Shown: positions 11,625 through 24,326 of the stretch, in pieces
Layout of the letters: each line of letters opens with the position of its first letter
Numbering within the stretch: position 1 is the first letter of the stretch
Assembly: GCA_964016885.1 (NCBI GenBank)
Contig: OZ024740.1
Coordinates: 275,032,001-275,096,000, forward strand
Direction: 5' to 3'
From: Eledone cirrhosa
Lineage: Eukaryota
Length of the DNA stretch: 64,000 nt
Translations under genes and position numbers: made by a program
The notes under the pieces: model-generated
Database searches by the model: none
What the model was told of the DNA's origin: nothing
What the model saw: the letters and a program-made list of their open reading frames with translations, nothing else

Positions 11625-11928
11625 TACATATAGAATAACTTTTACAAAGTTACTAAGATGCTCAGTAAAGTAACCTAAAATAAGACACCTTCCTCACTAA
11701 TCTCTCCTTTACCGCGGTTTCGATTATCAAGTAACAGCATTGACCATTTCAATAAATAAAGAGATTGTCTTCTTCACTGCTGCCTGTTCTATTTATTGAA
11801 ATGGTCAATACTGTTTCTTGATTATCGAAACCATGGTAAGGGAGAGATTAATGGTGAAGCTGTCTTATTTTAGGTGGCTTTACTAAGAATTTACCTCTCA
11901 CTAACTTTTAAAAGTCATTCTATATGTA
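11625..11928. mobile_element. Fold-back element carrying hammerhead 3' halves
   Basis: Diverged inverted arms ~11625-11759 and ~11790-11928, containing cGAAACCATGGTA (plus) and cGAAACCGCGGTA (minus). Confidence 0.5.
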
Positions 11929-11936
11929 TGTGTATG

Positions 11937-11984
<48 letters not shown>

Positions 11985-12396
11985 TTAAAAGAGACAAGGT
12001 GCTGTGTGGTTACTAATAAAGGGTGTTTAGAAATGTAAGGGAAACACAAGCATAAGACAATTCCCATCTTCAGTTGTCTGCTGTGGGTCTCGGATGTGAC
12101 GACGCATTAAAAACAATACATCTATCCACAGTGTGTTAATTATTTCAGGAAGTTATTAGGGAAGGAAAAACAGAAAAGAGACGATAGCGAAAAGAAAGAA
12201 AATAAACAGAAGAAAAAAAAAAAACGAAAACATACTGATAGAGTACACAAACATAAGACAACTCCCCTCACGTGTTTCCCCTTCTTTATCGGTATGTTTT
12301 CTTTATTTCTTCTGGACCCCGCCCCCACATATATATATATATAATACTTTAATTTGAATATATATATAATAATTATTATTATTATCATTATTAAAC

Positions 12397-12545
12397 GAGT
12401 TCAAATCCCGCCGAGGTTAACTTTACCTTTCATCCTTACGGGGTCGATAAAATAAAGTACCAGTAATGCACTGGTTTTGATTTAATCGATGTTTCCTTCC
12501 CGCCAAATTGCTGGCTTTGTGCCTATAGGAGAAATTATTATTATT
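12397..12545 (+). mobile_element. Nin SINE (5' truncated)
   Basis: gagttcaaatcccgccgagg...ggggtcgataaaataaagtacc. Confidence 0.8.
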
Positions 12546-13333
12546 ATATTTATTAATACATTGTTTCAATCAGCAAAATGTCTGACTGTCTCTGGGTAGT
12601 CACAGTTATATTTCAGAGAAGAAGTGAAGAAAAAGACTAAGGAAATATATAAGAGAAGGAAAATGGAAAAAAAATATATATAATAAAATGATCAAAAGAA
12701 TGGTATTTTTTTTTCTTCCGACTCAGCTTAACATCGCGTCTTTCCAGGAACTATGACAATGTACCTCACATATAGTTTAATTTCTGTATGTTAATGCGAC
12801 AACTAGTGATGATGACGTTCACTTACATCCGTTTAATTCTCTCTTTTCCACTTTTTTCTCTCTCTTCTCAGATCATATTTTTCCTGCGCATTGAAACAAT
12901 CGTTGATTTTTCACTACCGAAATGTTTGACTATTTGTTTTGTATTTTTTCTTTTTTTTTTCTTTTTCTTTAAACAAATCATCCCACCCGGAGGATAAACC
13001 CGAAACGTACTACTACTACAATTACTACTACTACTACTACTACTACTACTATTACTACTACTACTAATAATAATAATAATAATGATTTCTTTATTAACCA
13101 CAAGGGTTTACATAAAGTAGACATTAAGGACTGTGCAGGACAATACAGGACGGTACACATGGGCATTTCTGCGTGTAAAAAACAAAAACAGAGGATGTAA
13201 CAAAAAATAACAATGAAAAATTCCCCAATAGGGGGGAGACTTCGGAGGGACATTTGTGGAGAAAGCCCAGTAAAAGGCCACAATGACCCTGACCACCAAA
13301 GCAAGTGCCCTCTCCCAGTTTTCCACCTTTAAT

Positions 13334-16300
13334 TTACAGATATATACTCAGAGTAAGCCCATTCACTCGGGCCATTCTTGCTTCTCTCACCCATCTTTCA
13401 ACAAAATGCTGGGAAGAGAGCACTTCCCTCTCTACTCTGATTTTCCTTTTCAAATGAAATTTGAAAAAGTCAATCAGAGCATCACCGAAGTGGTAAGTGC
13501 TCGTCTTCAGCCCTTTCAAACGTGTCCACCATACTATCTCTTTCGCCATGGCCACCAGACAGATAAAAACTGCCTGCCCTTCCCGGCTAAAGGAGGAGGG
13601 CGGGGCAATCCTCACGATGGACTCAGATGATAGCCGGATCCGTCCTAAACGCGACAGCAGGTGTTCGACATAAACCCACAAGTCAGCAATTTTCGGACAC
13701 TGGACGAGTGCGTCCAGGACGTCGCCGTGCGTGCATCTCGGACATGCCCGGATGACGGCACCTCCATGCCTGTAGGGTTTATCCCGAACTGGCAAGGCTC
13801 CTCGGTAGCACTGCCAGGCCAGAGATTTCTGGAAGTTGTCCATAGGCCCTGGCCCGAAAGTTCTTCCGAAGAGATTGGCTAGTTGATTTTCGTCGACGCC
13901 TAGAGTTTCCCCAAGTACGTCGTCGCTCTTCCCCTCCACTAATCCTCTATAGAACGCCGAGGTGGAGTTTCCACCGATCACATTGCCCGATTGGTCGAGG
14001 GCTGTGAGCGCCTGAAGACACTCCAGTCTCCAGGCGCTCCCTCTCGGTCTTCGCTTGACCCAGGACTGCAGCACCCTCAAGGAAACGAGCTGGGGAAATA
14101 CGTGTCTAGCAAACGGCGACCACACCTGATCACCGTCGAGGAAGAGGTGGAGATGTCGTAGCCTGAGCGCGTGCCTGCGCATCATCAGCCACGGCATGCC
14201 CAGCCCTCCACGTAGCGGGTGTTGACAACAGATGGACCGCCTGACCATCGGAGCGCGTCCCTTCCACAAAAAGCGAAAGAGCAAACGCTCCAGCGCAGTC
14301 AGGCGAGGCTTAGGACAAGGTACGACGGTCAGGCGGTAGCAGATGACAGACGCAATGTACGCGTTAGTCACCTCCGCTCGACCTTTCAGGGATAGCTTCA
14401 TCTCCGCCTATTTCTGGGTGAGAGAAGACAGCCTGCTCGTCATTTCGTCCCAGTTTTTGTCCGTCTGGAGGTCCGGACCGAATCAGACCCCTAGCAATTT
14501 AACCGGTCGGTGCGTCCAGCGCCCGACGACGCTGTTGGACGGCATGGACCTGCCTCTCCAGGTGCCGAGAGGCAGGCCCACTGACTTTTCCTGGTTAATC
14601 ATTGCTCCTGTCACCGCTTCGTATTCTCTTAGTGTACTGCCGATCGCCTCGATGTGTTTGGCGTTCGACACCATTACGGTGACATCGTCCGCATATGCTG
14701 ACACGGATCTTCCGCATCCTAGTTCGTGCGGGACGCCCCTCAACGTTTCCAGTCTGTGCAGTGATGGCTCGAGAGTCAATACGTACAAGAGGGACGAGAG
14801 GGGACATCCTTGGCGGACCGAGCGCATGATGTTGAACGGTTCTGAAAGGTGACCGTTCACTCTCACCACAGACAGATGTCGCTGTGCATGGCAGCGATCC
14901 AGCCTGTGAAGACGGGCCCAAAGCCAGCCGACTTCAGGACTGCCGCTAGGTAACGATGGTCGACCCTATCGAAAGCTTTCGACTGATCTAAATTGATCAA
15001 GGACCCACCCGTGCCAGGTTCCCTAGCTCCCCTCTCTACGATGTATCGCATGAGGTGGAGGTTGTCGTGGATGGATCTGTCGGGAATGGTGCATGTCTGC
15101 GCCTCTCCCACCAGACCACCAACGACAAGTGCCAACCTCTTTGCGAGCACCTTGGCCAAAATCTTGAACTCTGTGTTTAGCAGAGTTATGGGCCGGAAAT
15201 TATCTATGTTATCCCCCTTGTTCGGATCCTTTCTCAGCAGTGCCACCGCTCCTCGGCTCACAGAGCTGGGAATTCTCCCGTTCTGTTGCCAGTTGCAGTA
15301 GACGTCCGCCAAGAGGCCTCCGAACAAGTCTGGCATCTGTACGTAAAGTTCATAGGGCAGACCATCCAAACCAGGCGATTTACCCCTTGTGCAGCCAGTC
15401 ATTGCCTCCCGTACTTCAGCGGCTGTTATCGGCTTTTCGCAAAACTCCGTCTCAGTGGCTGAGAGCCGCGGCAGTCAGTCGAGGTAGACACTAAAGTCCA
15501 TCCCTCGACCCGGCCCATCGCTGCCTCCGAACAGCTGAACGAAATGTCGCTGAAAAGCTTCACACATTTGCCCGGGATCGAGTAGCATGCGCCCGTCGTG
15601 GTCCACCAAAGACCGGATCGTGGCTTTGTTGCCACGACGCGCTTCCGCCACTCGGGCCCATTGAACGGCTTTCGTCCCCTCGTGTCTGAGAGCACGCACC
15701 CTTGCTCTGAGACACGAGGGGACGAAAGCCGTTCAATGGGCCAATTTTGTCAAGGGTCAATTTCGCCGCAAGTACGTCGGTCGCGATGCCTTTGCTAAGC
15801 GCCTCGTCTAATTTTCTAACTAGTTCTCTCTCTGCTCTATTTTTCTCTATTGCTAAAGCCTTACTAAACCTAATGGACTCTATTCTAATCGCTCTTTACA
15901 GAGCAAACCACCACTTGTTGTTGACGATGGCCCCGTCAACGCCCGCTTAACTAGTTCGCTAATCCGGTCTCTGTATGCCTTGCGCGCTGGTAAGGATGCG
16001 TTTGCTTCCAGTAGCCGGGTCCTCGACTATGAAGCCTATCTAAGTCAAGCACACAGATCACGAATTTGTGGTCCGTATAGCTGACTATCTTGAATTGTGG
16101 ACAGCCTATGCTAGACCTATCTATTTCCCTACAAAATACTCTATCTAGATATGATCTGGATGACCCTATGCGATTTGTCCAAGTCCACATTGGCACATTC
16201 GGGAAATCCAATCGGTACCTGTCAAACACTTCAAAACACCTGAGCAGGTTGGTGAGGCGCTTGCACCCTCCTCCCCTATCCGCTAATCCCACACAGTTCC

Positions 16301-16725
16301 AGCGTGCATTAAGATCCCGTTCTAGTCGCCCACTAACACTAAAGAGCGGGACGTTCCAAGAAAGGTCTCCAGACGCAGGAAGAAATCAGCCCCCCCCCCC
16401 TCCTCCTTAAAGCTTGCCCGTCTCTGCTGGTCACGTCCAGCACCACCAACTTACCTTCTGGGTCCCGGAAGATGGCCCGTATGGCGAGATCCAAACCTCT
16501 CCGAAAAAGCACAGCAACTCCACCCCACGATCCAGGACGGCTGGGAGATGCGTACACATCGTAGCCGCGGAAGATCGGTGTGAAGGCTCGTGCTTCGGAG
16601 ATTCTGGTCTCGCTGATGGCCACTACATCTATATTTAGTGACCTGAGGTCGTTGAGCAGGTGGCCCTGCTTCCATAACGACCCCAAGCCACGCGCATTTA
16701 TGCTGCCTATTCTGAGTGAGGTCAT
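13334..16725 (-). pseudogene. Tx1/L1 ORF2 (AP endonuclease + reverse transcriptase + C-terminal domain), frameshifted
   Basis: SINARGL..VAISET and SYLDRVF..TDHK (APE); KSPGLDGLP, FRPITLLN, LDQSKAFDRVDH, VRQGCPLS, AYADD (RT). Confidence 0.9.
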
Positions 16726-16759
16726 GTTGAAATGGAGTGGAAAAGATGGGAAAGACCAC

Positions 16760-18915
16760 TTACCTTACTTCTCGTAGAGGAAGGATCGTTTCTCCATCCC
16801 TTTTCACTTGATCGTCTGGTGAAGGGACCGTTGAATCGTCCCTTCGGCTGATCGTCGGCTCTTCTGTGAGTATATCCGAATATATTCTCCGGTTGAGTGT
16901 CCCTCCTAGGTCTCTGAAATCACCAACTGCGTTGGGGAATTTCGTTTTAATGTTTGTGTATTGCTTCTGTGCTATTCTTACCAGTCTTATGTTCGTTGGT
17001 GTTTTGATTGGTGCTGGTATTATGTAGTCGTGCTGTGAAATATCTGTGTGTTCAATTATGTAAGTCATTAGTTTCTTGTTGTGTGTATTTATTGCTGGGC
17101 ATTTATTTTCTGGGGGTGGGGTGTGGTTCTGCTATTTTCTTGTCGTTGTTGCTGGGTGTGTGTGGATTGTTATTGCGTTTGCGATGTTGGTGCTTGTGGT
17201 GGTGGTGTTGAAGGTGTTGCTGTTTGCGGTGGGGCTGCCGCCCGTCGTGATGGTGGTGCTAGTGTGGGTGGTGATGGTGTTGGTGGTGCTGCTGCTGTAA
17301 GTCTCTTTGCAGTAGCCTTTACCCTTTTTTCATTTCTTTCCTCCCTTTTCGAAGGCGACGATGCGCTGCTTCTGCGTTTGTGCCTTCTTGCGACCTTTTC
17401 CCATCCCTCTCCCACCTCACACTCCATGTCTGATTCTGTGAGGTCGGGGAGGGGTACCAGCTCCACTCTTTCACTTGTTGTTGTTGGTGATGTTTACAGT
17501 TGAGTCTCTGTTGCAGCTGCAGTTGGTATTGCTGTTGTTGTTGTTAATACTTCCACTTCTGCTGCTGTTCTTACTTTCCGTGGCGTGGGTATGGGTGCCA
17601 CGGACCTATCCTTCCTGGTTGCCGCCTGTCCTGTTGCTGGTAGCAGTGTAGCCGGTTTCGGAAGGAGGGGGGATTTTCTCCTTTCTCAGGGTCTTCTCAT
17701 TGCAGAAGGCCCTGAGGTGAGTCTTCGATCCACAGCGAAAGCATTTCGGGCGTTTGCCCTCAACACATATGGGCAGTTGAGTGCCGTTATCGAAGTCTAT
17801 CACATCCGGGATAGCTTCGATGCACTCCTGGTTGGTTTGGATTAACATCTCAATGGAGGTGCCGACCCAATCTTCTCGTACTTTTTCTGTAATTGCAGTA
17901 CAGTTGTTTTGTCCTCGATTCCGACGATGACAGACGCGGCCAGCCAAGAAGGGGCCATCCCGGAGGGGGGGGGGGGGGGGACGTGGGTAGTTTGACCCTC
18001 ACAAAATTTTGTCCGCAGTAGGAGGGCACCAACACCATTTCCTCGCTCCTTAGGGTCACTAAGGATTGAGCCTTTGCCTCCTGGGGTGTGGCAAAAAGCA
18101 CGTCCACAGTGGCATATTTCTTGCCTCGGGTGATATGCGTTTTCCGCTGCCACACAGACCCTAAGGCTTTTTTGTATTTGAGCCTCTGTGGCTCTTTCAA
18201 CCCTACGGGATTTTGTGCTTACTGTACGGTACGTGACCGTACAGTGCTGTTGGGTTTCGAAAAATGTTTCGGCTGCCTTGCAGATTGCTCGGTGTCCGGT
18301 TTTCGTCACCATCTTCTTTGCTTCCTGTAATTCCCCATTTGTTATAAGGATGGTTTCCAGGTTCTTTGCGATACCTGCAAACGAGATTGGTTTTTCTTTG
18401 TTGTTGTTGTTGTCGTCAGAGCTGTGGTTACTTTTGTTGTTGCTGCTGGTACTACGACTGCCGCCGCCGCTGTTGCTGTGGTTGTTGTTGTTGTTGCTGC
18501 TACTGCTAATGCTGTTGTTGTTTATGCTGCTGCTGTTGTTTTCCTTGTCACTGTTGCTGCTGCTGCTGTTATTACGGCTGCTTCTGCTATTATTCATGAC
18601 GTCAGACGAATGAAATGGCTTCCCGTATTTACAACACACATTTTTCGTCGTTGTCGTCGTCGTGGAGAAATGTTCCACGTTTTGTACGTGCTCTTGGAAA
18701 CTATCAGAAAATATATTTTTCTTTTCCTTTACTAGCATCGCTTGGGAAAGAGAATGGAGGGAGAGAGACACATTTAGAGAAGGGAGGGAGAGAGACAATC
18801 TTCTCTCTGATGTAGTGACGATTGAGGAAGAAGAAGACTGAATGAGTGGGAGTGACTTGTGAAAATTCTTTTTTGTAAGCCATGTTTTTTTTGGTTTAAA
18901 ATAAATATTGGGCAC
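16760..18915 (-). pseudogene. Tx1/L1 ORF1 (gag-like), frameshifted
   Basis: CCHC knuckle CFRCGSKTHLRAFC, N/S-rich and P/T-rich low-complexity tracts, lies upstream of ORF2. Confidence 0.7.
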
Positions 18916-19118
18916 AAAACCCCAATAAGCGGTTATTTAACCCTGAAGGGCCAAATAACGGACAGAAAGACCCCTCTCCCGTGGAGGAGGGTGTTTTTGT
19001 CTACAATTTGGTTAAAGTTTTAAACAATTTACAATTGTTATAGCGGCTAAAAATTACTATACCTTACAGAGCCGAGCCTCCGTCAACCATGGTATTCAAT
19101 AATAATAATAATAATAAT

Positions 19119-19332
19119 GATTTCTAGTATAGGCACAAGGCCAGTAATTTGGGGGAGGAGAAAGTCGATTAAATCGACCCCAGTACATTACTGGTACTTT
19201 ATTTTATCGACCCTGTAAGGATGAAAGGCAAATTAACCTCGGCAGGATTTGAACTCAGATCATAAAGGGCCGTAACTCTATGCTGCAAAGCATAGTGTCC
19301 GACCCTCTACCGATACTGCCAATCCACTGCCC
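19119..19332 (-). mobile_element. Nin SINE
   Basis: Full head, core and tail. The tail is the Tx1 target site. Confidence 0.85.
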
Positions 19333-19371
19333 TACTACTACTACTACTACTAGTAATGATAATAATAATAA

Positions 19372-19560
19372 CGATTTCTACTATAGGCACAAGGCCAGTA
19401 ATTTTGGGGTAGGGGAAAGTCGATTAAATTGACCCCAGTACGTTACTGGTGCTTTATTTTATCGACCCTGCAAAGCTAACCTCGGTGGTATTTGAACTCA
19501 GATCGTAAAGGGGCGTAATCCTATGCCATAAAGCATATTGTCCGACGCTCTACCGATACT
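19372..19560 (-). mobile_element. Nin SINE
   Basis: Same family sequence. Confidence 0.8.
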
Positions 19561-19564
19561 AATT

Positions 19565-20735
19565 ATTATTTATTAGCCAGTAGGACCTACATATAGGGGA
19601 CAATACAAAGACAGGGGCAGTGAGGGTTTACAATAAAATCGAGTAAAAAGTGAAGATAACAATAACAAAATCAGTAAAAAAATTACAGCAATAAAACATT
19701 TCCCATAAGGAGGGAGAACCATCCAGGGGCAACTTTGGTACCCCACCAATCCTGAACCACCTGATGCTCTGAAGACACTCTTCTACTCTTCAAACCAACC
19801 AGCCTACAGGCGCATGCTCAGAGTAGGCCCATTTACCCACCTTTTAGCAAATGTACTGGGGGTGGGGTGCAGCACTTCCTTCTCTAACCTCACCTTCCTT
19901 TCCAAGTGAAACTTGAAACAGTCGATGAGAAAAGCCGAAGAGAAAAGTGTCTATCGTTAGTCCTTTATCCCGGTCCGCCACAAAACCACTTTTGATTCCT
20001 GCCACCAGACCGAGCAAACTTCCCCCCCTTCTCGGAAAAAAGTGAGTGGTGGAGCGATCTTCACTGTAGACTCGGTCGATAGTCGGATCCATCCCTCACG
20101 TAATAACAGCTGTTCGACATAACTCCACAAGACAGTAATCCACGGACACTGTACGAGTGCGTACAGAACAGTTTTGCCATCCTGCTTGCAATTCGGAGCA
20201 GGTCCGTTTGACCGAACTTCCGTGCTTCTAGACTTTACCTCGTACGGGCAATGCTCCACAGTAGCATTTCCATAGCATTTTTGGAAGCTATCCATAGCCC
20301 CCTGCTCATAGGTCTTCCGATATAGATTGGTCAATTCGATTTCGTTGACTCCCAGCGCTTCTCTGAGAGCATCGTCACACAATCCTCTATAGAACTCTAA
20401 AATGGAATTTGCACTGGCCGCATTGCACGTCTGGTGGGGGACAGGGAGCACCTGGCAACATTCCAGATACAAGGCACCCAGTCTCGGTCCCTTCTTTACC
20501 CAGGACTACAGCCATTCAAAGTGACGAGCTGCTGAAAGGCCTGTTTCAGAAACCGCGACCACACCTGTTCACCATTTAAGAATATCTGAAGGTGCCGTAG
20601 TATCACGGCATGTTTGTGCATCATGAACCATGACATGCCAAGCCCTCTGTGTAGAGGGTATTGGCAGCAGATGGACCGCCTCAGCAACGGAACTTGGCCT
20701 TTCCACAAGAGATTGAAGAGCAGATGTTCCTAAAT
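19565..20735 (-). mobile_element. Degraded 5'-truncated L1/Tx1 copy
   Basis: ORFs 20496..20708 and 19957..20472 are homologous to 13334..14401 (RRSICCQYPLHRGLGM; ALVQCP..LWSYVEQLL). Confidence 0.85.
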
Positions 20736-20749
20736 CAGAAACCATTATC

Positions 20750-20932
20750 GTGGATTGGCAGTATCGATAGAGGGTCGGACGCCATGCTTTGCAGCAAAGA
20801 GTTGCGGCGCTTTATAGTCTGAGTTCAAATCCCGCCGAGGTTAACTTTGCCTTTCATCCTTACTGGGTCGATAAAATAAAGTACCAGTAATACACTGGTG
20901 AATTTCTGGCCTTTTGCCAAAAAGTAGAAACA
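20750..20932 (+). mobile_element. Nin SINE
   Basis: Same family sequence. Confidence 0.85.
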
Positions 20933-20942
20933 AGTATCATTA

Positions 20943-21118
20943 GTGAATTGGCAGTATCGGCAGGCTTTACAGCATAGAGTTATGGTTTTTTACGTTCATA
21001 GTTCAAATTCTGCTGAGGTTAACTTTGCCTTTCATCCTTATGAGGTCGATAAAATAAAGTATCAGTAATGCACTGGGATAATTGCTGGCATTGTGCCAAA
21101 AGTAGAAACAATTATTAT
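20943..21118 (+). mobile_element. Nin SINE
   Basis: Tandem second copy. Confidence 0.8.
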
Positions 21119-21352
21119 TTCTGAGCTGTGTGTGTCATCGAGAGTTTAATAGGGAAGGCGGAAACCGGCGCAATCCCGACCAGGTCTATACACGACAACC
21201 TCCACCTCATATATGTGTGTGTGTGTTTGAATTTCGTATTTCTAAAAAAATACGGTATGTTTATAAATAAACATTTATAAAGCCATAGCTATGAATGACA
21301 CACTGGCAGCTAACGCCAACAGGTGGTGCCCGGCAGCAGCAAGGGAGACAAC

Positions 21353-21392
21353 CGTCGATGCATTTCGAACTCAGCTGGTTCTCGTTAGGACG
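21353..21392 (-). ncRNA. Hammerhead ribozyme relic (G5->A)
   Basis: Minus: CGTC-CTAACGA-GAACcagctgaGTTC-GAAA-TGCA-TC-GACG. Confidence 0.55.
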
Positions 21393-21575
21393 ATCCCTCC
21401 CGCTCTTGCAACAGCCAGACTTTGAAAGCAGGCAAGGATATATAATTTTTTGTCTGCGTAAATAAGGTGGTTAATCTCATTTGCACATGAAGCTGTATAA
21501 GTTGGCTAAACTTGTAATAAAATCGAATTAGTACTTAGCTTCGAACATAGCTCTATACAAATATGTATTTGAATT

Positions 21576-21613
<38 letters not shown>

Positions 21614-21774
21614 TAACAGATTAAATTTTATATATATATATATATGGAAAGTTATATTTAAATTGTTGGGTTACAACTAGTAAATATTTATAACTGATAT
21701 AAAAGCACTCGACAAGTATTTGGAGTATATTTACAATATTAAATAAATGGAAACTATATTTATAAAACCATATT

Positions 21775-21840
21775 TATTTCATTATATATATTTCAGGGAT
21801 ATCATATTAACAATATGCTATGCCTTCCTCAGACAAAATA
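21775..21840 (-). ncRNA. Type I hammerhead ribozyme
   Basis: Reverse complement of 24261-24326. Confidence 0.75.
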
Positions 21841-23216
21841 CAATATAAACAGTTTTATAGATAAATAGATTTGACATACCGTAACAACATCGACTTCTAT
21901 TTGAAAAGTTGAATTGGCAGTGAAAAGATTGTACACAGAGAGAAAGAAAGAGAGAAAAAAGGAAAGAAAGACAGAAAACGAAGAAAAAGAAGAAAAAAAG
22001 AAGAATGCATGGAACAAAATAGAGAGATGGAAAGATAGATAAAGAGAAGAACCTCATGTAAAGAAACAGAGAGAGATATATATATAGAGAGAGAGAGGAA
22101 ATAGAGATAGATATACATATATAGAAAACTAGGTAGTGGGACGTCCGTTGAGTAAACGTATCAATGATACATTTATTTATTTATTTATTTAGCTCTAGTA
22201 TTAATATAAGGGAGATATATGTGGTTAGGATAGAAACCAGCTGTTATATAGAGAGAAAAATTAAAGATAACCAGACATAGGCGAGGCATAAAAACCCTAT
22301 GTTTTAATGTAGAGGTATTAGTATGTATAAAATAAAAACCAGCCACTATATTGTAAATATCAGTATTCCTGAATGAGACATGTACCCATAATGTGTGAAA
22401 AGTAATGATCTTATGTTTAGTTCTTTTAAAAAATTCATATGTTTATGTGATAACTACAAACATCTATGTGAATTTACATGATCAACTCTGCAAACCCTAA
22501 GTTCACGGAAAACATTCTCATTGTGCTATAAAAATTTAAGTATACATATATGTGTATATATATACACACAAATATATATAGAGTCAATATTACTACTATT
22601 CCTGTCTTTACTCTACAAGATTATCTATCAAGCAGAAATAGAGAGCAGATTTCAATATACTAATAAAAACATAAAAATATATATCAGAAACAAAACCAAA
22701 AAATAACAATAATAATAATAATAAGTAATAATAAAATAGAAAACTAAAAAATATTACGAAAGAATATTACATATTAAAAATATTACATATTAAAAATATT
22801 ACATATTAAAAATATTAAAAATAAAAATATTAGAAAATACTACAATAATAAAAATAAACCACAAAGATCAACCCTTCAAAATTAATTGACAATATATTGC
22901 CAAGTTCATTATATGCATCAGAGTCGAAAAACAGATAAAGCCAAAAATTATTCATCAAATCGCATCTAGCAAAGATCATTTCAAAAAGTTTAGGATGCCC
23001 ATTTGGTCTACATGTGTTCTTATATTTAATATAGAAGTTTATCTAGTGTAACGTTTATTCGAAATATTTGGAGCATCAACTTTTAGGGTAGCTTAATTTT
23101 TCATGAAGAATGTTTAAATAAAAATAAAAATAAAAATAAAAAGAAAAAGAATAAAAAGAAGAAATCAAAGATTTATCGGCTAGTTTCCCATATAATTATA
23201 AATCAAACTAAATATA

Positions 23217-23498
23217 CTACATTTTAAATTTAAATTTATATTTAAACGTTGAGTTTAATCTATGTTTGCAGCAACTGAATAAATTTGTCCGTAGATTAAG
23301 GGAATTTTTAGATTTTAGTATAAAGAATATCTCCTCTGCGCAGAGGTCACATGTCTCAGAGGATGAATTAAAAGGAATCCCTCTTGAGACTATATTCCAA
23401 GCCGTCGAATATCTAACGTTATCTAGCTTAAGTTGCCAGAGTACGCCTGATAGTGCCGTTGAAGATTTTTTGCTTGGATCTGTGAAAGAATTCTTGTG
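23217..23498 (-). pseudogene. C-terminus of PLE GIY-YIG endonuclease (open frame, 5' truncated)
   Basis: HKNSFTDPSKKSSTALSGVLWQLKLDNVRYSTAWNIVSRGIPFNSSSETCDLCAEEIFFILKSKNSLNLRTNLFSCCKHR, with the CxLCxxE...LNxR...CxH pattern. Confidence 0.8.
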
Positions 23499-24260
23499 GT
23501 AATATTGACTCTATATATATTTGTGTGTATATATATACACATATATGTATACTTAAATTTTTATAGCACAATGAGAATGTTTTCCGTGAACTTAGGGTTT
23601 GCAGAGTTGATCATGTAAATTCACATAGATGTTTGTAGTTATCACATAAACATATGAATTTTTTTAAAAAACTAAACATAAGATCATTACTTTTCACACA
23701 TTATGGGTACATGTCTCATTCAGGAATACTGATATTTACAATATAGTGGCTGGTTTTTATTTTATACATACTAATACCTCTACATTAAAACATAGGGTTT
23801 TTATGCCTCGCCTATGTCTGGTTATCTTTAATTTTTCTCTCTATATAACAGCTGGTTTCTATCCTAACCACATATATCTCCCTTATATTAATACTAGAGC
23901 TAAATAAATAAATAAATAAATAAATAAATGTATCATTGATACGTTTACTCAACGGACGTCCCACTACCTAGTTTTCTATATATGTATATCTATCTCTATT
24001 TCCTCTCTCTCTATATATATATATCTCTCTCTGTTTCTTTACATGAGGTTCTTCTCTTTATCTATCTTTCCATCTCTCTATTTTGTTCCATGCATTTCTT
24101 CTTTTTTTCTTCTTTTTCTTCGTTTTCTGTCTTTCTTTCCTTTTTTCTCTCTTTCTTTCTCTCTGTGTACAATCTTTTCACTGCCAATTCAACTTTTCAA
24201 ATAGAAGTCGATGTTGTTACGGTATGTCAAATCTATTTATCTATAAAACTGTTTATATTG

Positions 24261-24326
24261 TATTTTGTCTGAGGAAGGCATAGCATATTGTTAATATGAT
24301 ATCCCTGAAATATATATAATGAAATA
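24261..24326 (+). ncRNA. Type I hammerhead ribozyme
   Basis: TATTTTGT-CTGAGGA-AGGcATAgCATATTgttAATATGaTATcCCT-GAAA-TATATA-TA-ATGAAATA. Confidence 0.8.

Larger units (their letters stand above)
13091..19098 (-). mobile_element. Near full-length L1/Tx1-clade LINE
   Basis: ORF1 plus APE-RT ORF2 fragments in order, flanked by a duplicated (aat)n-gatttct at 13066-13090 and ~19101-19125. Confidence 0.9.

Noticed and set aside
11990-12080. Minus-strand agacaaCTGAAGA...ttgtct
   Set aside because: No GAAA box or stem III found at a suitable position
12985-13012. cggaggataaacccGAAACGTA resembling a minimal hammerhead
   Set aside because: First box is corrupted, and there is no stem I or II pairing
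23266-23502. Plus-strand 78-aa ORF
   Set aside because: Antisense shadow of the minus-strand GIY-YIG frame
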